This document shows, piece by piece, positions 59,182-64,000 of a stretch of DNA of 64,000 nucleotides. Every line of letters starts with the position of its first letter. Within the stretch, counting starts at the first letter, position 1. This stretch comes from a virus. Under the pieces are notes generated by a model. The model made no database searches. It saw nothing but the letters and a program-made list of their open reading frames with translations, and was not told where the DNA came from. The DNA lies in the IMG/VR virus record IMGVR_UViG_3300008110_000181, positions 1 through 64,000 of that record, one strand, 5' to 3'. A program made the translations under genes and the position numbers.

Positions 59182-59758
59182 CCGTGATTCTAGGATAATC
59201 TGGTGTCGGTTGTGATGGTCTCACCCGATGTCCCAAATGTGCAGGAAAGATAATCAAATCACCCTCACGAATCTGTGGATTGTACACATAGAAATTATTA
59301 TACCTTCGATTCAATTTACTGAGTGAATCAATGAATGTCACGGGTACATGACGTTCTGGATCGAATTGTAAGAAATGAATTGCGGAAAAGTGTGCATCAG
59401 GTTCATTAAATGACATTCCAATATGATCGTGCTCTTCCTGATATTCACCGTTCTCATAGTAATTAAACCATGCAGTCGTGAACTGAAATTCTGTACCTTT
59501 ACCGAATACCTGACTGAAATGTTTCTCATAGTTCTGTCGAACTTCTGAGGGTTGAATAAACATTTTATAATTGATGTTATCCTGCTCAAATGTTGTATAA
59601 ACCTTATCTGTAATCCAACCAGCAGGTTTATCAATCTGATGATCTTTCTGATACTGCAATATCTTCGGAAGAAGAAGTTCTTTGAGAACTTGATTCTTCT
59701 CCCGAAGACTGTATTGATAAATGTAAGTCGGAAAGATAATCTTTCTATATTTGTTCAT
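59138..59758 (-). CDS. Putative 2OG-Fe(II) oxygenase (TIGR02466-like)
   Basis: WFNYY...HDH, EGDLIIFPAHLGHRV, RITVAFN. Confidence 0.85.
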   Translation of the reverse strand: MNKYRKIIFPTYIYQYSLREKNQVLKELLLPKILQYQKDHQIDKPAGWITDKVYTTFEQDNINYKMFIQPSEVRQNYEKHFSQVFGKGTEFQFTTAWFNYYENGEYQEEHDHIGMSFNEPDAHFSAIHFLQFDPERHVPVTFIDSLSKLNRRYNNFYVYNPQIREGDLIIFPAHLGHRVRPSQPTPDYPRITVAFNLHIRSTIHAN

Positions 59759-59954
59759 GCTTCACAGGTTGTTGATAGTACACATCATTCCAATGTCTTA
59801 TGACCCCCGCAACAATAAAAAGATTAGTAATGAGATAAGTGAGAAATATAAGAGTCCGTAAACAAGCAATGTGGTCTGCTTCTCTGTCATTTTTCGTCGC
59901 CTTCTGACCAAGTGCCTTCGCCCATAACCTCCACATATTCTTTTTCTTCTTCAT
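59745..59954 (-). CDS. Small membrane protein
   Basis: WRLWAKALG.KA...D.EAD..A..RT followed by a hydrophobic helix. Confidence 0.65.
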   Translation of the reverse strand: MKKKKNMWRLWAKALGQKATKNDREADHIACLRTLIFLTYLITNLFIVAGVIRHWNDVYYQQPVKHEQI

Positions 59955-60189
59955 AGACTGATTCTCTTGATCTTACATATTGGAGTTCATTCCATTGATT
60001 ATTATAGCACAAAACTAACAACCGATCATTACGATGCAGATTACATGCTGCATAGTTCTCATAATTCTTCGGTTTGACGTTTAATTCAATCGTGATATAT
60101 TCTTTGCCCTTGAAATACACCCATCCCTCAACCTTGTGATTCCAATAGACATAATGATTGACTTCGGGTGTATAACTCATACAAAGCAA
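59887..60189 (-). CDS. Hypothetical protein
   Basis: EGWVYF...YITIE motif. Confidence 0.65.
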   Translation of the reverse strand: MLCMSYTPEVNHYVYWNHKVEGWVYFKGKEYITIELNVKPKNYENYAACNLHRNDRLLVLCYNNQWNELQYVRSRESVYEEEKEYVEVMGEGTWSEGDEK

Positions 60190-60485
60190 GACTCCAGTAC
60201 AGTTTTCTTCGGCACCATTGCAGAATAGGGTGACGTATCATTTATACTAACAACGTCCCCGACCTTTCCTGAATTGATGGGGGAGTGATATTGTTTGGTT
60301 TTGGTGTTGTAGAAGCCCCAGATGCAACTGACTTTATCACCAAGGTTATAGTCAAAACTGCGATCAAAATGAATCCAGATTCCAACAATATTTCTTTGAA
60401 ATTGTTTTTGTTCATAATGATAACCTTTAGGTGCTTTGTGAGGGAATTCAATAGTCATCGCCATACTTGAGTCCTGATTCGGCAT
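60177..60485 (-). CDS. Hypothetical protein
   Basis: FPHKAPKGY...IWGFYNTK...SPIN...TSPYSAM. Confidence 0.7.
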   Translation of the reverse strand: MPNQDSSMAMTIEFPHKAPKGYHYEQKQFQRNIVGIWIHFDRSFDYNLGDKVSCIWGFYNTKTKQYHSPINSGKVGDVVSINDTSPYSAMVPKKTVLESCFV

Positions 60486-60753
60486 TGAGCAATTCTACAG
60501 TAGTTTGAAACCCTTTGGCAACTGTCAATTCATGAGTCTTTCCAATGTCATACACTGCTTCAACATCGTAGGTTGGTGCAGTAATCCAACTAAATCCCTT
60601 GCCAAAAGTATTATCAGGATTGACCACATACCAATGGCAAGCAGTGTCAGGGACGAATACAGAACATTTTTTCCAGTCATTGTCCCATTGAGGTACTTGT
60701 ACAAAGGATAGTGCGGCAAACAGAAAACCGAAAAGACTCAGAAACATGATCAA
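60448..60753 (-). CDS. Hypothetical protein with an N-terminal hydrophobic segment
   Basis: 101-aa ORF. Confidence 0.6.
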   Translation of the reverse strand: MIMFLSLFGFLFAALSFVQVPQWDNDWKKCSVFVPDTACHWYVVNPDNTFGKGFSWITAPTYDVEAVYDIGKTHELTVAKGFQTTVELLNAESGLKYGDDY

Positions 60754-60911
60754 TCTTCGTCGATAAGTGCTTTCAGATAGGCAGGATTCACTCCATCGGC
60801 AAGATAACCCTGAAGACGTACACTACACTCTTCTTTTGTAAGTTTAGTGTCGGTCACTTCCCACCCTTGGGTGAATACTTGTACGATTTTATAGTAAGTT
60901 GTTTCGGTCAT
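60750..60911 (-). CDS. Small hypothetical protein (53 aa; not in the ORF track)
   Basis: MTETTYYKIVQVFTQGWEVTDTKLTKEEC...GVNP. Confidence 0.55.
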   Translation of the reverse strand: MTETTYYKIVQVFTQGWEVTDTKLTKEECSVRLQGYLADGVNPAYLKALIDED

Positions 60912-60913
60912 GA

Positions 60914-61159
60914 TCAGGTCAGAAATACATCAACAAGTCGGGACTCTTCATCTTCTGCAAGGGCAAATTTGGGTGCCTTCACAATATTTGGCATAATGCG
61001 ATCTTCATAGTTAACATCAAAACATGAAGTTTCATGAACATTTTTATTTGTCAGAAGATCAAAGCATTCTTGATCATCGGATGCAATCACACTGATCATG
61101 CCACCATATTCAGAAGAAGGAAATGGAACCCAATAATCAACTAGATAAATGTATTTCAT
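60914..61159 (-). CDS. Conserved cyanophage hypothetical protein
   Basis: YLVDYWVPFPSSEYGG; TTGACA-17 bp-TACAAT promoter at 61183-61211. Confidence 0.7.
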   Translation of the reverse strand: MKYIYLVDYWVPFPSSEYGGMISVIASDDQECFDLLTNKNVHETSCFDVNYEDRIMPNIVKAPKFALAEDEESRLVDVFLT

Positions 61160-61172
61160 TGTTACTTGTAAA

Positions 61173-61355
61173 TTACTCCTTGATTGTAGATGAATGTTTT
61201 GTGTTTGTCAATAGAGTTTGTTGCCTTTCAATTTCAAACTTAATGGGCAATAGATGAGAAGTAAAGAAACCAGCATAGGGACCGTCTTTTAACAGTTCAC
61301 GAATGTTCTCCACTTGCATCAGAGCAAGAGTTAGTTGCATTTTTCTATCCATCAC
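61173..61355 (-). CDS. Hypothetical protein
   Basis: 60-aa ORF. Confidence 0.6.
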   Translation of the reverse strand: MMDRKMQLTLALMQVENIRELLKDGPYAGFFTSHLLPIKFEIERQQTLLTNTKHSSTIKE

Positions 61356-61606
61356 ATGAACTCTGCAATGTAATAATCACAAGTCACCTCAAGTTCTGCT
61401 GCTTTCCTCTCAATCTCATTATCAATAATCTTTTGAGCTTGATTTTCATATTCAAGATACCGTTGCTTGGCAAGATGATACATTTCCTGAACTTGAGCGT
61501 GCTTCATAAAATCATCAAAGGCATTCATGAATTGAGTGATTTCTTCATCGTTCATTGGCGCATCCAATCGTTTGACAGTAGTAGGCATCATACATCTTCT
61601 GATCAC
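61352..61606 (-). CDS. Hypothetical protein
   Basis: KAAELEVTCDYYIAEF C-terminus; start uncertain. Confidence 0.6.
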   Translation of the reverse strand: MIRRCMMPTTVKRLDAPMNDEEITQFMNAFDDFMKHAQVQEMYHLAKQRYLEYENQAQKIIDNEIERKAAELEVTCDYYIAEFM

Positions 61607-61681
61607 GTTGGATCAGAAAGATATTATAACCAATAATGGTAATTGCCGCAACAGCAGCATAAGCAATATATTTCTTTTTCA

Positions 61682-61945
61682 TCAGCAGGCACCATAAAAA
61701 GGATTACCCTCTTGAGGAGAGTTTTGATTGTCACCAGTCACCACATAATCATAAGCAAGACGTTCACGAATGGCAACTGCCTTCTCCACACGGTTCAGAT
61801 ACTTCTTGGAGATCTGATCAATACCTTTCCAGGAAAGAATTTGCATACACCATTCTTCTGAGATGTCACCGAACGGAGTAGCAACAGGGTAGAAACCGAT
61901 CAGCATGGTGCCATCTTTAGATTGCAGGGTGGGGAAGTCAGGCAT
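61682..61945 (-). CDS. Hypothetical protein (probable start MPDFPTLQS)
   Basis: TATAAT box at 61970-61975 supports an internal start. Confidence 0.55.
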   Translation of the reverse strand: MPDFPTLQSKDGTMLIGFYPVATPFGDISEEWCMQILSWKGIDQISKKYLNRVEKAVAIRERLAYDYVVTGDNQNSPQEGNPFYGAC

Positions 61946-61977
61946 GAGGTGTGTCCCGATTACCTCTGTATTATAGG

Positions 61978-62181
61978 TCAGAAAGACGGCACCACGTCGT
62001 TGCGTAGTCCAGTTTGGGAAGTGTCCATCTGCTCCCAAACGGAATAGAGTTTGTTATACAGTGCAGGCACACTCCCATATTCCCGTGCGATTCTATTTTC
62101 TTCACGGAGATTGAGTTCTTGCAGTGCAGATAGAATCACACCAAGTTCATGAACATTTAGATTTACTTGTGTTTCAGTCAT
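61978..62181 (-). CDS. Hypothetical protein
   Basis: 67-aa ORF. Confidence 0.6.
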   Translation of the reverse strand: MTETQVNLNVHELGVILSALQELNLREENRIAREYGSVPALYNKLYSVWEQMDTSQTGLRNDVVPSF

Positions 62182-62408
62182 TTCTTTTCAGTCTCCTTTA
62201 CTACAGGTTTGGTATAGGGAATTCTACCAGTCTCATTATAATTGATAATATCATACTTAAACTTACACTCTAATGGTTTTTGATTACAAAGTTTGAGTGC
62301 ATCATTATAAGATGACTGGCTATAAAAAGCACCCCCAGTAATGAATCCAAGCACGGCAGTTAAAATAAAACTTGGATAAACAACAACTTCTTTCATATTC
62401 AATCCCAA
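62178..62408 (-). CDS. Small membrane protein
   Basis: Hydrophobic N-terminal segment. Confidence 0.55.
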   Translation of the reverse strand: MGLNMKEVVVYPSFILTAVLGFITGGAFYSQSSYNDALKLCNQKPLECKFKYDIINYNETGRIPYTKPVVKETEKK

Positions 62409-62800
62409 GAAACATTTTGAAGTAAGAACCCAGGCATCACATATGTCCAGGCACCAGTGTCAGTGCTTCCACCGACCTTATATTCCCACTTATACTCATA
62501 TTTGTTGTGACTGTCCCAAGTCATGTACCCCTTCACTTTATCAAAACGACCTTTGATCGTCAACTTATGTTTGTTAGAAAAGATATTACGGGTGCGAAGT
62601 GCTCCACCAGTCTCACGGGTTTCGACAACCTTACAGACATCAGGATAGGTTTGAAGTCCTGCTTCAAGTACACAGGGAGTTTCATATACAAATGGTCGAT
62701 AGACTTTAGGTGCAGGTGGTGCAGTCTGTGCAAGTGCTGGTGATGTGACCAGCAATGACATGATAAGAAAAAGTTTTTTCATCCAATTACTCTCCAACAA
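62399..62800 (-). CDS. Signal-peptide-bearing hypothetical protein
   Basis: MKKLFLIMSLLVTSPALAQ signal peptide. Confidence 0.65.
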   Translation of the reverse strand: MLESNWMKKLFLIMSLLVTSPALAQTAPPAPKVYRPFVYETPCVLEAGLQTYPDVCKVVETRETGGALRTRNIFSNKHKLTIKGRFDKVKGYMTWDSHNKYEYKWEYKVGGSTDTGAWTYVMPGFLLQNVSWD

Positions 62801-63093
62801 ACAACAGCATTGCCCTTACTTGTAGAAGCAATATGGGCAAAGGCAGCATAAGACAGATCAAGGTCAGCATGAGAATATGGACCACGATCATTTACACGAA
62901 CGATTACTTGTTTTCCGTTGTCTTGGTTTGTAACTCTAATTTTAGTTCCCATAGGAAGGTAAGGGTGAGCAGCAGTCCAACGGTAAGCATCAAATCGTTC
63001 TCCGTTTGCAGTAGTTTGTCCATGAAAACCATCACCAATTCCATAAAATGTAGTGATGCCACATGCAAGACCAGCAATCAAAGTTTCAATCAT
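62779..63093 (-). CDS. rlpA: RlpA-like double-psi beta-barrel protein (putative lytic transglycosylase)
   Basis: FHGQTTANGERFD, TAAHPYLPMGT, VRVNDRGPY, DLSYAAF. Confidence 0.9.
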   Translation of the reverse strand: MIETLIAGLACGITTFYGIGDGFHGQTTANGERFDAYRWTAAHPYLPMGTKIRVTNQDNGKQVIVRVNDRGPYSHADLDLSYAAFAHIASTSKGNAVVCWRVIG

Positions 63094-63248
63094 TCCTTAA
63101 TTTCATCTCCCACAAATTCCAGATAATTATATCCAATTAATTTACGACCTTGATGTGTCTCAGTATCAATCAAAATATTTTCTTTTTCTAGTTTTTCCAA
63201 TCGACGATTGGTTGCAGTATTCAGTTTAGGTGTCCAGTAATAACTCAT
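63090..63248 (-). CDS. Small hypothetical protein (52 aa; not in the ORF track)
   Basis: MSYYWTPKLNTATNRRLEKLEKE...; AGGAGG Shine-Dalgarno. Confidence 0.55.
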   Translation of the reverse strand: MSYYWTPKLNTATNRRLEKLEKENILIDTETHQGRKLIGYNYLEFVGDEIKE

Positions 63249-63408
63249 GAGATTCCTCCTTTCTTGTTATATTCTATCATAGATCGTCGTGCAGAGTAAT
63301 CCTCAAATTGAGTTGCAAACGATGCAATCGTCCGACCATTATCTGCCCAGTGCAAATACCAACGATTTGCAAACTGTTTAATTAGAATTGGTTTATCCAT
63401 ATTGGTAA

Positions 63409-63600
63409 TCATTTGATGTCACCCTCGGCAATCAAACCCATGATCTCACGGGCAGTGGCAGCAAAGTTAATGTGATCCTCAAGACCTTCATCACTGTAGA
63501 TCTTGAACACATCAGATTGCCGATAAGTGTCTACAATCAGAGCACAGGCATCATACAGAGCAGCAACGTGGTGTGCCTTAGAGGGAAAAGAGAGTGCCAT
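63409..63600 (-). CDS. Early hypothetical protein
   Basis: 63-aa ORF downstream of a dyad-type promoter. Confidence 0.6.
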   Translation of the reverse strand: MALSFPSKAHHVAALYDACALIVDTYRQSDVFKIYSDEGLEDHINFAATAREIMGLIAEGDIK

Positions 63601-63627
63601 GGGGGTGTTCTCTTGATTACCTTGTAA

Positions 63628-64000
63628 TTATACTGCCGAACAAAGTCGGTTGCCAAAGGGATGTGCCACTTGCAGTTCTGGCACATTCAATTCATCGTAC
63701 AAATAGTCCAGATATAGGGTTTCTTCTTGCTCCCGTGCCTCTATTTCGTGTGGTTGATGCCAATAATCCATATTTTCCATGCATTCTTTACCATAATACA
63801 TTTTTCCGCTTCGCAACCGCAGTGAACCGACTACCCACTGCCGCAGATGGGTCAGTTCATGTAAAAGAGTTTTTATATACAACTCATCATCCATATGGGT
63901 ATTCAGTTCAATCAGAAAGTGACGTGGACGATAGGTCTCACCCACAACGTCACAATATCCATAAACCTGCTCACGATTCAGACCACGATGAACAATATCC
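63628..64000 (-). CDS. Zincin-like (HExxH) metallopeptidase-domain protein; 5' end probably outside the window
   Basis: TLLHELTHLRQW...PHEIEA. Confidence 0.7.
   Translation of the reverse strand, partial: DIVHRGLNREQVYGYCDVVGETYRPRHFLIELNTHMDDELYIKTLLHELTHLRQWVVGSLRLRSGKMYYGKECMENMDYWHQPHEIEAREQEETLYLDYLYDELNVPELQVAHPFGNRLCSAV

Overview
A 64-kb segment of a T4-like cyanophage (cyanomyovirus) genome, with almost all genes on the minus strand. From left to right: recombination and late-transcription genes (gp46, gp47, gp55, uvsW, uvsY); the head, tail and neck module (gp3, gp23, gp22, gp21, gp20, gp19, gp18, gp17, gp16, gp15, gp14, gp13); giant virion and baseplate genes (a 2481-aa VrlC/DUF4815-like protein, gp8, a 4352-aa gp7, gp6, gp25); speD and a glycosyltransferase-like gene; a GC-rich early island of tiny genes, most with their own promoter; a repeat-rich origin-like interval; a Gly-rich adhesin-like gene flanked by three 2OG-Fe(II) oxygenases and two Cys-rich proteins; and more small early genes including an RlpA-like protein. 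The most interesting signal is a phycobiliprotein beta-subunit-like (globin-fold) domain inside gp7 that keeps both bilin-attachment cysteine motifs. Other signals are four clean internal deletions in conserved genes (possibly assembly artefacts), a TGTGCCA-N10-TGGCACA dyad at fixed distance from early -10 boxes, a helically phased CTCGTCGAG array next to an orphan consensus promoter, and a protease-cleavable internal-head polyprotein. No tRNA, rRNA, CRISPR array, intron or transposase was recognised. Family assignments and reference sequences come from recalled motifs, not database searches.
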